64,000 bases of DNA from the human T2T-CHM13v2.0 reference genome, Homo sapiens (GCF_009914755.1 NC_060927.1); one strand, 5' to 3'. Numbered from the stretch's first letter, positions 31,420 through 48,989 are shown. Notes: generated by a model not told the origin, from the sequence alone. Numbers and translations: made by a program.

Positions 31420-31519
31420 CTTCACATAATAAAACTTCAGTGAACAAGTTGACAAATGGTTTTAGTATGTGATGGAAGTTTATTAGCAGGAGAAAATCCT
31501 TTGAATTTGGCCCACCAAA

Positions 31520-32020
31520 ACATAAACTCAGTTAATGTAGCAGAGGGATTTGAGAAGATTGACTACAATTTTGAAAGTAGTTTTACTGTGGATAAAATGC
31601 TATCAAACAGCATTGCATGCTATAGAAAAATATTTTGTGAAAGAGTCAATCTATGTAGCAAACTTCATTGCTGTTCTATTTTAAGAAATTAACACAGCCT
31701 CCCCAACCTTCAGCAAGCAGCACCCTCATCAGTCAGCAGCTACCAATATCGAGGCAAGACCCTCTATCATCAAGATGATCATGACCTGCTGAAGGCTCAG
31801 ATTATCATTAACAAGTTAGCAATAAAGTGTTTTTAATTAAGATATTTACATTGATTTTTAGACATAATGCAATTGCACACTTAATAGATGACAGTATATT
31901 GTAAACATAATTTTAATATGCAATGGAAAGCCAAAAACTTTGTGTGACTCATGTTATTGTGATATTTGCTTCATTGCAATGGCTTGTAACTGAACCCACA
32001 GTATCTCCAAACTACACTTG
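31520..32020 (+). mobile_element. Tigger1 3' fragment
   Basis: aaaatgctatcaaacagcattgcatgcta, atcagtcagcagc, gctgaaggctcagat; degenerate terminal IR followed by TA. Confidence 0.85.
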
Positions 32021-33819
32021 TATTTGAAAAATAAAAAAAAAGGAGGAGAAGCAAGTTGAATTGAATTTTGAAGATTAGACGAGTTTTCTTACTGTCAAAA
32101 TAAAGGAGTAATTTAATGCCAGGGTACAGGTAGAGAAAAAACAACAGCATAAACAAAGATATGAAGAAGAAATAGGTTCAAAAGAGAGATACTTTGATCA
32201 ACTAGTGACAGCAGAATATTCACAGAAGCAAGGAGAAAGAGAATAATTTAAGAATTTAGATTTGGAGAACGTATGGAAAAGTTTGAAAATGTAACAAAAA
32301 AGCCTTCATCTTACCCCATAAGCATTGGCTTTCCAATATAATAATAGTAAAGAAAAAGAAAAGTTGTGGTAAAGAAAAGGCTGGAGGGAGAATTCCAGGT
32401 TGCTATTACAGTATGAAATCAAGAAATTCTAAGTACCTACTTCTATAATGAGGTTAACAAAAATATATATATAAATGTTAAATCTTACTTTGAATTTGAA
32501 GAGAATTTTTTATTTGGTGAATATAGATATACAAAATATAATTTTTGAGTGTAGATAGATGTGATTAAAACCTTCTATTTTTACTATTATTTATCAACAT
32601 TTATTGTCAGTTAACATAAAGAAGTAATGGTAGTTTCTTCCTATAGCAACAAATAAAAAGTAATATTTACATCTAATTAGAACATACTTAGGCATAAATA
32701 TGATTTTAAATCTTTCATGCTTATATGTGAATGAGTAAAAATATCTGAAATTCAAAGTGAAAACTGATGTTTTACAGATAAAAAGAACTGTATTGCTTTT
32801 ACATTTTTACACTATTTAGAAGGCTTTATTGTTCTTCTTGGCTTGTTATTGATAGTTTCATCTTCATATACAGCCTAATCAGAGCTTGCACTATTGCTAT
32901 GAGAGTGATGTGTCATATCATCACAAAGGTGAGAAAGAAAAAAAATACACAATTCTTTTTGGTTTAGGAAGCCCTCTTTCAGAAAAATTCTCCTACTACT
33001 AATGTAGTAGAATTTATATGTTCATGTCAATCAAAGACAGTTAATCCCAACTCTAACTAAACAACAGTGACTATTTGAAAACAAGATTTACCTTGAATAC
33101 TATTGTCTTTGATATTAGACAATAGATGATAAAATGCCTTAAGAAATAATGGATAGTGTTTCAAAATAATACTATATGCCTGGTACTTTATAAGATATAT
33201 TTCTCACAAAAAATACTACATTCTCTCTAATATAAGGATACTGCAATCCAGAGAGGTTAAATATTTATTGTCACTGAGCTAGAAATTGGTGATTGGAGTG
33301 TGGAGAATCAAACACTTTATTTCTATTTTTGCCACCTGGTTGCCAAAACTCTTTATATTAAACAGTATTGCCTCTCTGAAAACTAAAAATTTGAATTATG
33401 TGCTCTCCAAGGCCCATCCAATATCAACATTCTATAAATATTAGTGTAGCTAGGATAAAAATATGACTCCTAATTATCTCCCTTATAATAGAATTGTAAT
33501 AAAATAAAGAATCATTTTATGACATTAAAAAAATTAATGAACTAATTCAAGGACAGGAAAGCACAAGCCATGAAGTAAGGCACAACTTTCAGAAACTAAA
33601 TTGTTGGAAGAACTGGGTTGATACGTGCCTTTCAGAGTTTTTGATCTAATCAGATATGGAGTGTATTTTAAATATGAACACCTGACAAGGTCTTATGGCG
33701 TAGAAATGTGCTGAGAATCTAGCCAGAAACAATGATTATCTGCACTCTAGTCACCTAACAAACAACAATAACAACAAACAAACAAAAAGGCGGTATATCA
33801 GTAAACTGTTGGTGAATAT

Positions 33820-34012
33820 CAGTCATTCTCAAACCTCTTTGTGCATTTGAATCATCTAAAGTGCTTTTTAAAAGATGAATATCTGGACCCCTCTACCATG
33901 AAACGCTGATTTAGCTGATCTGTCATGAGGATTAATTATCTATATTTTTAAGTATCACTTTGCATTTATATCTATTATAGATGCTGCTATAAGAACCTCA
34001 TTAAAAACAGTG
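33820..34012. mobile_element. MER5-like hAT MITE
   Basis: cagtcattctcaaac...gcatttgaatcatct...ctgatttagctgatctg. Confidence 0.5.
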
Positions 34013-34970
34013 AGGAAATATGTTCCTCGAAGCTTGGTAGTGCCACAATATTTATTGCTGTTACAGTAAATTATTAGGGTAAGAATGAATTCTTCAATGA
34101 ACAATAAATATGCTAGATGTTTCAGAACATGAGAAATTCTTATTGTATGCCAAAAATAAGCTCTGGGACCACATGGAACCTTTTTTATGAAGGCCATAGA
34201 AACCCTTGCCATTAAAATAATGTGCCTCCTCATTTCATGAATATAAATTCTTAAGTTTTTATTTTTTATCAGTAGTATCAATGGATGAAAATATTTCCAG
34301 ATTATGAATTTTCAAATGGACAACACTGAAAATATGGTATCTGGTTGGCCATTTGTTGAAAGGTGAGATGCCTGAGGGAGGGACCCATATAAGGAAGTTT
34401 TGCTTTTGTTCTTATAATTTAGAGTTATAGAAGGGTTATATCTGGGATATGTTTTCTAAGATGAACTTAAGTTTTTATATGCTCCTTCCAGGCTTCTCAG
34501 AATGTTATTACTCATACATTTAAAATTTTGTCAAATAGATAAAAGGAAAGCTCCAAAATATATAACTGTTCTTGGACTGGTTCCTTAAAAAGAATATTCA
34601 CTTGGATTTCTGGCTTACAGCTTAAATAATAACATTACTATTGCTAACAAATCTTTGTAAAGACAACTAGAGAGAAATACTTACATCACTGCAGCATATG
34701 CATGGTTTTCTCCACAGGCCAGCATTTCCAACTCTTTGGTTTGTATTAAGGAATTTACTAGCTCTTAGGGTTAACACATTTAGATGGGTGATGTGTGATC
34801 AAGAAAATCGTTGTTCCAAGTTCGGATGAACCACCATTGCCTCATAAAATAAAGCAGAATAATAATTGCTTAAAAAGGAAGAATTGGAGCTGGAAAACAA
34901 ATGTTTTTACTGGTAGTTCTGGGTAAAAAGGAGTGCATCTTGTGAGGTATACATGATGTTAATAGGGATC

Positions 34971-35708
<738 letters not shown>

Positions 35709-36925
35709 TGATCCATCTGTACTTGTTTGTTTTTTACCTCTGTCACCTAAGATAGGAATTAGAAAGCCAGTATTTTTAAAAGAGAATTTGCTCTTTTGCA
35801 TGATGGAAACAGCATTTAAAAGCATTCTTGGGATGAAGCATCTCAAGAATGTCATCTTCTTGGGGGAGAGACTCTTTGTGAGGGGTGGGAAGCACAGTCG
35901 AATCAGCAGGTGAGTTCCCATGCCTCTTTGCCCTGCCGTCACACCATCGAAAAAATATAAATCTTCAGATTGAATTCAGTCAAACTTCTGGTCAAAAACT
36001 GGGCCATGGTCACTGAGCCTATTTCATTGGCAGGCACACTGACACTCACTGCCTTCCCAAATATCAATTGTACATTGATATTACATTGCAAACTCACATG
36101 CCCCCACCCCTTCAAAATTATTTCAGTTTTCCCCATTATTTCTAAACTGGCAGTAACTTCACCTTATCCATCCTTTTCAGCAGTTGACCTTGCTATGAAA
36201 TCACTTTTTCTATACATACCCACCATCATTGTTTTATCCTGTTTCCTGTTATAGTGTAAAGGTTTGGTTCACCGTAAGATATATCCTTACATGTGTGTTC
36301 TGATGCTCATCTTCTCTATCACCACCTAAAAGAATGTCTATGCATACATTAGTTGGTCTAAAAGAATCTGTGATAGAGAAACGTGGTTCTTTACATTTAC
36401 TACAAAGAGTCAATTTACATTAGGGATTAATGAGAAGGAATGACTTCACTGGAGATTTTTATAGGAATGGAAGAATAACTGTTGTAAAACACTGAATAGA
36501 ATTTCACTCAAAACTCAATTAAAAGTGTCTAGTGACTATTCAGAATGATGTCCTTTTGCTTTTCTTCCCACATAAGGAGCCCAGCAGTCCCAGTCCTACT
36601 TTTTACATAGCTAGGTGTTCCCCATTAAGTCTTAATTTTCTTTTTTCCCAGGTAAAATAAGCTAACTCACATTTATCCTAAATCCATACTTGCCTCATTG
36701 CTTAAAACTCTTCTCAGCTATGTGGATTGCCAATAATAATCTGTGCCCAACAGATTAAAGACCCTCCGCTTACCAGAAATCACCTTCTTTAGAAGTAATA
36801 GATAATTACAAATATCCCAAGAAACTACTCAGCTACACAATTATTCCTTTTCAGTCCCATGCCTTCAATTTTTCCTTCATCAGTTCTTTCCTAACCCATA
36901 TTTAAATATATTCAAAATGTTTCTA

Positions 36926-37170
36926 TTAGGTTGGTATAAAAGTAATTGCGGTTTTTGCCATTGAAAGTAATGGCAAAATTCACAGTGGATTGTATTGTGT
37001 GTTGTTCATGAGGGACAACATATGAAATATATTATGTAGTGTCATTGGTCACATCATATATTATAATGTAATAGTGATTCATTATTATTTATATTCACTT
37101 ATGTTTTCAGACTATGGCTATGCCATTACTTTCAATGGCAAAAACTGCAATTACTTTTGCACCAACATAA
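36926..37170. mobile_element. Composite MADE1 (Hsmar1/mariner MITE): two inverted 50-bp arms around a ~142-bp insert
   Basis: ttaggttggtataaaagtaattgcggtttttgccattgaaagtaatggca ... tgccattactttcaatggcaaaaactgcaattacttttgcaccaacataa, with TA flanks at 36924-36925 and 37171-37172. Confidence 0.93.
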
Positions 37171-37289
37171 TAAGGGAAAAGACAGGCAAACAACAACTAA
37201 ACCTACACCCACATGCAAACAACCAATCCAACGGCCTAAGTACCATCTGTAAACAGATAATTCCCCAATGCCAACCTCTATATGCTTAA

Positions 37290-38121
37290 CAACTCATATA
37301 CCTAAAACTCAGTATGTCCAAAATCGGATTTGTCATTTTTTCTTGCAAATTTTCCCCTTCTTCAAGTTTTTCTGTCTTATTAAATAACCTCCAACTATTT
37401 AATCTGAAAAATACCTTTGATTTTGTATTTCTTCTCCCTCTACATTTAACAGTGACCAAATTCAGTTGATTGATTGAGTCTTTAATGTCTCGTAAGCCAT
37501 ATACTATTCTCCAAACATACTGCCCCTAGTGTGGGTCACCACATCTCTGTTCTGACCACTGCAGTAATCTCCGGTTGGTTTCCCTGCATCCACTTACTCT
37601 ACTCCAACACATTATTTTCAAATAAAAAGCTAGTTAGTTGTGCCAGTTCTACTTAAAAAATATAAATGAATTCCCATTGCTCTTGTGATACAATCCTAAA
37701 CATTTAATACAGCTCATAAGAGTCTCCAAATGAAGCCTTAACTTTCTTCCTACTCTGCACCCATAAATTCTTCTTACAGTGCCTCGGGATGTCACATTCT
37801 CACTCTGGTCCAGTGCTTTGCATATGCTTTATCCTCTGGTTAGATTGAGCTGACTCATTCAATACTGCAGCTGCACTTCAATAAAATCCACTTACCTTTA
37901 TAATATGAGCTTAATGCCATTTTATTATAAAGCCTTCTCTAACTTCATAGACTAGGTTAAAATCCTCTGACATATTTCTTGTATCATCATATTTACTTCT
38001 ACATATCACATACAAAAGAATTTAGACAATCAATTTCATGAGGACAGCTATTTTGTCTTATTATTCCCAATATTCCAGTGATCAAGACAGGTTTTCATCA
38101 ATAAATGATTTATAGAATTAA
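37290..38121 (+). mobile_element. L2 3' fragment
   Basis: aaactcagtatgtccaaaat, actgcagtaatctcc, tcccattgctctt, catgaggacag and tcaataaat motifs. Confidence 0.65.
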
Positions 38122-38312
38122 TTATATATATGGTCACAAAAGTCTGAACTATTGTGTGGTTTGTTTGTTTTGTTTTTAATTGCAGAGCAAATCTCTTCAG
38201 TGGTATAGTGAAGGCCCATGCTTATTTAGAGAAAATGAGAGACATGAAGCATCTAAGAAGACAGGAAATAAAAGAAATGTCAGGATAATGCACTGAGTTT
38301 ATTGCAATTTTG

Positions 38313-38454
38313 CACAGTGTGTTGTATTATGCATTGTTAATAAGGGACAACATATGAAATATGTAGTGTCATTGGTCACATCATATATTATAATGTAATA
38401 GTGATTAATCATTTATTATTTATATCCACTTATGTTTTCAGACTATGGCTATGC
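38313..38454 (+). repeat. Direct-orientation copy (probable donor) of the MADE1 insert at 36979-37123
   Basis: A 47-bp identical block (38360-38406 = 37033-37079) and a 28-bp identical block (38427-38454 = 37096-37123). Confidence 0.95.
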
Positions 38455-40874
38455 TAAAGAATGGACACGTATAACTGAAAATTTTAGTCTTCACCTGAAC
38501 AAAATTGGTTCAGAGCTTTTTTTTTTTTTCACAATAATAAACTTTCAGCACTAAGTGCTGGAAAGAGTGGTCTCTTTGAATGAATAGATCAGTGAGGCAC
38601 AGAGATAGAAAGGTGAGGATTTAACAAGTTGCCTCTGGAATAAAAGAAGAATACAAGAAAGAATTTCAGTTTCCAGATATCATCTAAGGAAATGTATTAA
38701 GAATTGTGTGAAGAGGAATGCCTTTCTAGAGATCACATTTATAGTCTTTCCTTTTTTATTCTTGTGACATAAAGAGGGGTTTTCCTTTGGGCCAAGAGTT
38801 CATTGGAAACATTTATGAGATGTGATTTTTTGCAATATATGCCACATCATGAGGTTTGTAACAAAGGAAGAAGAGGAGGGGGTAGTCAGTCACTTTAGAG
38901 ACTGAAGGAGCTACAATAACGGCTCTTCCCAAGATACTGACAGTCACTGTAGTAAAAAATGCATATATACACACATAATTACAATTTAAAGCTTAGTGTA
39001 AGCAGATTGGAGGGAAGCATGGCACTGGTCTGTAACCTCTTGAGAGTTTTTTTGTTTTGGCACATGGTTCCTGTATAAACAATGCTTGCATCCTTTAATG
39101 GCAATGCTTGCAATTGTCATCTGACACGAAAGCATGTATCTATGATATGGGACAGTACCATAAGTATCTGGGCACAAGAGGGCGCTCCAGAGGTAAGTAA
39201 GAAATGTCAGAGGGGTCGCAGGTGGGCATTGCTCCTGGGTTCCACCAGAGTAGGCACCTACCAAATTTGTTTCAGAACTCCTAGTGCCCTGGCGTATGGG
39301 AGGCCAAAATATTAGAAGGGACTTTACATAGAAGCACTAGAGAATCTAGCGATAGTGAAGAGTGGGTTGCAGATAGCCACATGTTCAAATTATTTCATGA
39401 AATGCATTTCTCATGGTAAATATTGATTGAATCATTTCTACTGAAGATCAAATATTGAAGCTTATTCTTCACTCAGGTACATGGTGGCTCTGAGAAGAAG
39501 CAGCTCCTCCTGATATGTTGAGACAAAGGGCTAATAATGCAGAGAATGGTAGAAATGGTTAGGACTTGCTTCAACTTTTAAGAAGTACTGTCCCAGTACT
39601 CCAGGCAGCAAATTGACATTTTATCACTATAGGTCATTTGCATTCACATTCTCAGGATAGAAGCCTATCAGAAAGTCAAACAAAGAAAAATAATACTATC
39701 TCTGCTTTCTCTTAGATTTGTACCATGTGAAAGTCCCCAGAGTCCCCACTCAAAAACAGTATAATTTCCAGAACACCTGAGAGAAAGAAGCCACAGAAGG
39801 CTTTGCCATATCTGGGATTGTGCTGAGAGCAAGAAATACAAAATAAAGCTGCAACGTGTTTGACCCTTTAGGAAAATATTGTGCTAGTTTAAATCTAGTT
39901 TGTGGGAACACAGAAGGCATGCTGATATATTGCATATTCCCTGAGTTCCATAGGCCCTGTGCATCCTCATCTTTTAGGTGCATAAAAAAATCAAGAATTA
40001 TAAGGCTGTGGGTAGAACATGGTACTCTGAATAGACTTATTAATAAATTGCAAAAATATATCCTGAATTCAGAATGTCCTAGGGTGTTTAGAAAGGTTCT
40101 GGTTTTCATCACAAGATTTCAAGAAAAGATATAATTAAATAGTTATGGTTAATGAGAATAAGGCAAAATGGCTTTGTTTTCTTCAAACATTTTATTATTT
40201 TGACAGGGTGCTTGAAGACGGTGCTTCCCATTCTTCCTGATGGAAGGATACGCATAGAAAATGATACCATTGGCATGAGACACAAAAGTTAGTTGAGAAG
40301 GCTGCTCGAGGCAAAAGGTTTTCAGGCCAGGTGACTCCGGAAGCCAAAGGCCTACCATTTAACAGTGACGAAAACGAGTACAGCAGCACATCCAAATCCC
40401 TTGCTGCCTGGAGGACTGCAGTGGCACACTGATTAGGCAGCTAAGCCCGCAGGTTATTTCAGGGGTACCACTACTCATCTTGACAGGAAACATTCACTGG
40501 GGACATGATTTAGTTGGAAGGTTAGTTCATGTTTGTTTTCAAATTTATTCTTCTATAATTGTTTGTAATAGTCCTTTTCATGATTTTTTTTTTTTTAATC
40601 AGCAGTCTCCCTCACTGCCCTCCCTCCCCAGGCTTTTACATCAATATTCTATTTGTGCTTTTCTCTATTTTTCTTTATTCATCTTGCCAGAATGTTAATA
40701 GAATTAATCATTTCAAATATTCAGCTTTTTGTTTGTTTAATATTCTATAGCATGTGTTGTGTTCACTGTTTCATTGATTTCTGCAATTACTTTTATTGTT
40801 TCATTTATTTTCTCCTTGGATTTATTCTGTGCTCTTTAAAATAATTTTTGACTTGAAAGCATTGCTAATTTTAA

Positions 40875-41780
40875 AAAGTCATTAAGGTATAACATACATA
40901 TAGTAAACTGCTTTTCTTAATGTACATTTCTTCAAGTTTTGATAAATGCATATAGTTGTGCAACTACCACCGCAATCATGATATAGAATAGTTCCATCAC
41001 CCCCCAGTTCTAACGTGTTTCTTTGTATTTGACACTTTTCCCTCTTCTAGTCTCTGGCAATGACTGATGTGCATTCTCCCCTTTTTTTTTTTAATCTTTT
41101 CTGGATTATCTATAAAGAGAATCATGTTGTAAGCTTTTGGATATGGCTATTCTTCACTTGGCAAAGTTTATTTTTTTCTTTCCTCCTCCTCCTCCTCCAC
41201 CTCCTTCTCTTTCCTCCTCCTCCTCCTCTTCTTCTTCTTCCTCTTCTTCTTCTTCTTGTTCTTCTTCTTATTATTATTTTATTTTTCATTTTTATATTTT
41301 TTGAGATGGAGTCTTGCTCTGTTGCCCAGGCTGGAGGGCAGTGGCACGATTTCGGCTCACTGCAACCTGTGCCTCCCGGTTCAAGCAATTCTCCGGCCTC
41401 AGCCTCCCGAGTAGGTGGGACTACAGGTGTGAGCCACCATGCCCAGGTAATTTTTGTATTTTTAGTAGAGACGGGATTTCACCATGTTGGCCAGGCTGGT
41501 CTCAAACTCCTGACCTCAGGTGATCTGCCCATGTCAGCCTCCCAAAGTGCTGGGATTACAGGCATGAGCCACTGTGCCTGACTGGCAAAATTAAATTATA
41601 ACATAAACATGTTGCTTCATATATATATAGTATTTCTCTTTATTGTTGAATGTTCTAGTGTATAGATATGCCACTGTTTGTTTATCCATTCTTCAAGTGA
41701 GATACTTTGTGTTGTTGACAGTTTTTTGCTGATTATGTAATATGCCATTAAAATCATATATGTACAGGTTTTTTGTCTTA
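40875..41780 (-). mobile_element. Old L1M 3' fragment, interrupted by an Alu
   Basis: gttttgataaatgcatatag...accaccgcaatcatgatatagaatagttccatcaccc...tgtttatccattctt. Confidence 0.7.
41171..41583 (-). mobile_element. AluS with a (CCT/CTT/TTA)n microsatellite tail
   Basis: Alu body 41303-41583; the tail has become trinucleotide repeats; TSD-like ggcaaa.tt at 41160 and 41584. Confidence 0.9.
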
Positions 41781-43405
41781 ATATAAGGGTATTAAAGCCA
41801 AATAGATGCTAATGTCCTGTACAAAGGTGAAGTCTACCTGGATTATAAACCTAAATTTGAAAGATAAAGAAATATACTTAACAGAGAAAAATAGAATTTC
41901 TTTAGTAATTTATAGGCAGGAAAAAACTTTCTAATTTTTTTCAAATGCACAAAAGAAGAAATGTAATATTGTGATCTGATCACATTATTTCTCTTCGGTG
42001 GAAGAGAAATAGAGAGAATATGCAGCTGAAAGAGAGAAGTTATTTACGATGCTCGAAACCAAATGAGGATATTTAGCATATACAAGGAACTCCTGTAAAT
42101 TAACAACATGCAAGATCCCAAGTTCAAAAGTAGAATATAAACAAATAATTTTCAAAGAGAGAGAAACCCAAGCCTATGAAGCGAGTCTATGAAGGGAGAT
42201 TTAAAATTATAAATATTTGAAAAAATACAAATTCATGCAAAAATAAAAGATCTCTTTAGGCTGATTTTACTGGAAAAAAAAAATGAAGAGGTTGGATCAT
42301 GCCCAATGTTGACAAAGTGAGGATATATAGAAGCTGCTGAAGAAGCTGTAGGCTGGTAAAGCCATATGGGAAAGCAAACTGGTGTCACTCACTCAAATTT
42401 AATATATTTGTATGTTGAAAGTCAGCAAATCTTCCCCTGGGCACTTAGCCTATTAGGAAATATGAACCAGATTGTTAATTTTGGTGTTTTTTGTGGTATC
42501 AGGAAGTTAGCAAAAACCTGGGAATCCAAACACAGGAGAGTAGATAAGTGAAATAGGAAAGATCCACTCAATGGTATGGGTATTATGAATAGATAGTAAA
42601 ATGAATCTTAACAAAAAGTTTAATGAAAATACTAATATCAGAATAAGATATAGGAAACAATACAAATTTTACAACAAACACATGCATACAAAACAATTCT
42701 CATTTTTGTAATAATACATACAACACCATTAAAATGTTAAATATATTTGAATGATAACTTAAGGAGTTCAGAAAGAAAATAGAAGTAGAGGATAGGAGTA
42801 AACAATAAACCAGCAAATAGAAATCAAGGTGGCATTCTATCGAAAAATACAAGAAAGCATATATTTACATTCCCTTTCTCTGAGTTTTTTTTTTTTTTTT
42901 TTTTTAAGTGCTAATCAACTAGGTGACAAAATTGGTTTTTACTGGGCCTTAGAAAAATACGAAATCTTTCCATACTGGACTGCATGAAGGAAATAGAATT
43001 AAAATTTGATTTTGGTAAGTTTCTGCTGGACTTAGGTAAAATAGGATTGACATAAAGTAATTTCAGTGTAACATAAAAGTTGAGATAGTCCTAAGAGAAA
43101 TGAAACAAGGTTCTACATGGTTCTAAAATGATTTTGACATTGAGGAGCTAACTGTGATAAAGTGTTTAAGGCTTTAGTAGTTAATTTAGAGTAATGTTTT
43201 GACTTTGCATTCTACAAGCATTTGCAAATCTTTGTCATTATACACAAGAATATCTAATTGGAGGGCCCTGAGGAACCACGAAGAGACCTGTTACCTTCAC
43301 CAACAGGGATCTGCCTATAGTGAAAATTGTAACTTAGTTGTTTTTTTAAAAAGACTTTAACTTAAAATTCTCACCATAAAATGTTGAACATTTTTTAATA
43401 TTCTT

Positions 43406-45871
<2,466 letters not shown>

Positions 45872-46244
45872 TTATTTGCTATCTACATAACTTCTTGGTG
45901 AAGTGTCTGTTCAGATCCTTTTGCCCGTTAGTAATTAGATATTTCATTTTCTTATTGTTGAGTTTAAGGTTACAGTTTAGTTTTGATTCAGAATTGATAG
46001 CATCTTAATAATCAAATTGCTATGGGAAAAAATAAATACATGTGGTGATTTTTTAAGTACTTGCTTACTTGAAAAACCATGAGGTGAGGAAATAGAGGAA
46101 GGCAACTCTAACGATATACAATTTCAAAATTTATTAGATATTTTATCTTTATTCAAAAGGCATTGTTCCTACTTCAGGAATAAAGTCAGATCATTCCAAA
46201 AATCACGATATAAGGTGTATTTTTCAAGGCAACATGACCATATT

Positions 46245-47240
46245 TGTTGGGGTACCTAAAGGGATTGAGAAGATTGTGCCCACACAGGTCCTTTGAGAAG
46301 CAAATGGCAAGGTGTTTTTATGTTTCCCAGGGGGTTATTGGGAGAAAATTTTTATAAAAGGTATAAGGGAGAGGAAACAAAAGTAAGTAGGAAAGGATTT
46401 TCATCTCTGATACAAATATGGCATCTATAAAGGAGATGGGGAAGAAAGACAAATTGCATAGGAAAAATCTCAGTCTGTGGTTCAACTTTAAGAAAGTCTT
46501 GGTAGGACATAAGATAAATAGAAAGCTCTGGGACAAAGAATGCCCAGCAGTGAGTTCCAAGTTGAAAATAAATTGTCATAATACTGTTGCCATATTCAGC
46601 TATTGACTGATATTTATGGGAATATCATAACTTCAACTCCAACGTGGTGGTGGATTCCTAAGAGACTGCAGCTAAAGATCACTAGCTAATTTCACACCTC
46701 GTGGCAGGTTCCTTAGAGAAGGGAGGTCTGCATAGCATATTTCTATTGTTGCTACAACCTTCTGCTTGTTCCAAGAAGTTTGTTTCTCCATCATTAGGAA
46801 AGTAGCTCTTCCGTGGTTCTAAAGTACTCTTTCTCTTGAAGGGAGACTTAGAAGAGAAAGGCTGGTGATACACAAAATGGCCCCATTGCTCTCAGGACCA
46901 TGACTTGTACTCACCCTTTCCACCTTCCACTATCCATTCTTAAACCCTCTTTATTCTCATCTGTGATCTCTTTATGTCTTGATTATTCTTTCCTCATTCC
47001 TAAGGAATCTGTTGTGAACAAACCTTTATTTACGATGTGATCTAATGCTCATTTCTGAGGAATCTGAATCCCTTGCATGCATACCCTTCTCAAGCCAGAG
47101 TTGTCGCATTTATCCACTTACAGTGTCAACTGGAATGGGAATACCAACAGGCACCCATGTGAGTCACTTAAGCTCCCTACATACTTTTCCTGTTCCAATT
47201 GCGTAACAGCAACTCTATCTCATTTTGCCAGTCAGAGGCC
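46245..47240 (-). mobile_element. Old ERVL LTR plus adjoining internal 3' fragment
   Basis: The reverse complement of 47070-47235 resembles recalled ERVL internal sequence (gttgctgttacgcaattgg...gggtgcctgttggtattccc...gagaagggtatg). Boundaries approximate. Confidence 0.45.
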
Positions 47241-47762
47241 AGTTTCTGTGGCCTCTGTCTTGAAAGGAACTCCTCGGTTAATCAGGATTTCTACCAGATC
47301 TTGCCTTTGGATTAGCCAACACTTTCTTAGAGCTACAACACAACCAGGAGTTTTTCTACCCAATCTTCCCTCTTTCTTCATTTCCTTTCACAGGTATCAA
47401 ATCTGCATCATAGTCTGGATGCTTTCCCTTCTACTACTGATCCCCTCCCCCTGTATCTTTCACAGACGTTATCCCTCAGTAAGTTTCTGGCACTATTAAC
47501 AGTCTTGGCATCTATTTCCTAGAGGACAGAAACTGAAACGATAAGCAAGTGTGGAGAAGGGAAAGAGAGTAATTCAGCTTGAAAATTTCAGAGTCCCCAT
47601 CTGTTAGTATAAAATAAGTGTAAACATTCTAACGTTATTTTGATTATCTGTCTTCACTGCTTTATAGTCAAGAGATTGGCAGTTTAAGTTGTTAGATCAA
47701 AATGTGCCCAATGACTCTTCTTTGGAAGCATCAAAAGAGGTCCTGACAACATTCTGTCATGA

Positions 47763-48166
<404 letters not shown>

Positions 48167-48989
48167 TCATATACCTTTTCATTGCTTCATTGTTTTCTCT
48201 AATAAATCCTTTCCTTCTCTCTGGTATGCAGCTTTTATCTATTAATCTATTATCTTTACCTAACCTTTTCCTTAAAGCAAAAATATAACTAAAATTATTC
48301 ATTTTAAGTTTATTTTTATTCATTCAGACTAATGCAGTATTACAGCATCCCATTTTTTTTAATCCTAAAAGGCAAATCTTATTCCTGATTATGTAAGTAT
48401 GTATTCTAGGTTTATATTTAATACCATTCTTTTTTATTTCCATTCCTTAAAAGAGTTGTTTGTTATGTTCTCTGTTATGAACCAGATACTGAATTTAATT
48501 TGTTTATATTTAATTATATAAGATATAAAATAGCTTCAAAGTCATATCTACAAAATAAGATTTATTCCAAGAATTCTATTTTCTATTCTTATCCCTTGTT
48601 CCCTTCACACTGCCTCCTTCCTCCTTCATAAATAGATTTTTTTAAAGTTTTAAACTAGCTTTGCATATTTTATGAAAGCAAATGCATATCTGCTTGTTTT
48701 TTCCATTTTTTGTAGATAATAAATATCATATAATATTGCTTTTTCCTAGCCTTCTGTTTATATTTAAATATCTGTTCTGAAGATTTCTAAAATAAACTCT
48801 GCATTGCTATAGGAAAATCATTCAGATAGTTTTATTAAATAAATATGTTCTTATTTGAAATATATTTATATTGCAGGTTCTTTTTGAACTCTTCAGATAA
48901 TTTCTTTGACATTACACTTGGGACCCTCTATGAGCAAATGGCAAAAGCACATACCTATAATATACACAAACATATCTATAGCAAAACCA

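Noticed and set aside
41060-41581. 173-aa Leu/Pro-rich ORF that looks membrane-like
   Set aside because: Trinucleotide Alu tail plus antisense Alu; no gene context.
41820-42750. Highly degenerate plus-strand L1ME-like sequence
   Set aside because: Plausible, but too diverged to set boundaries or family by eye.
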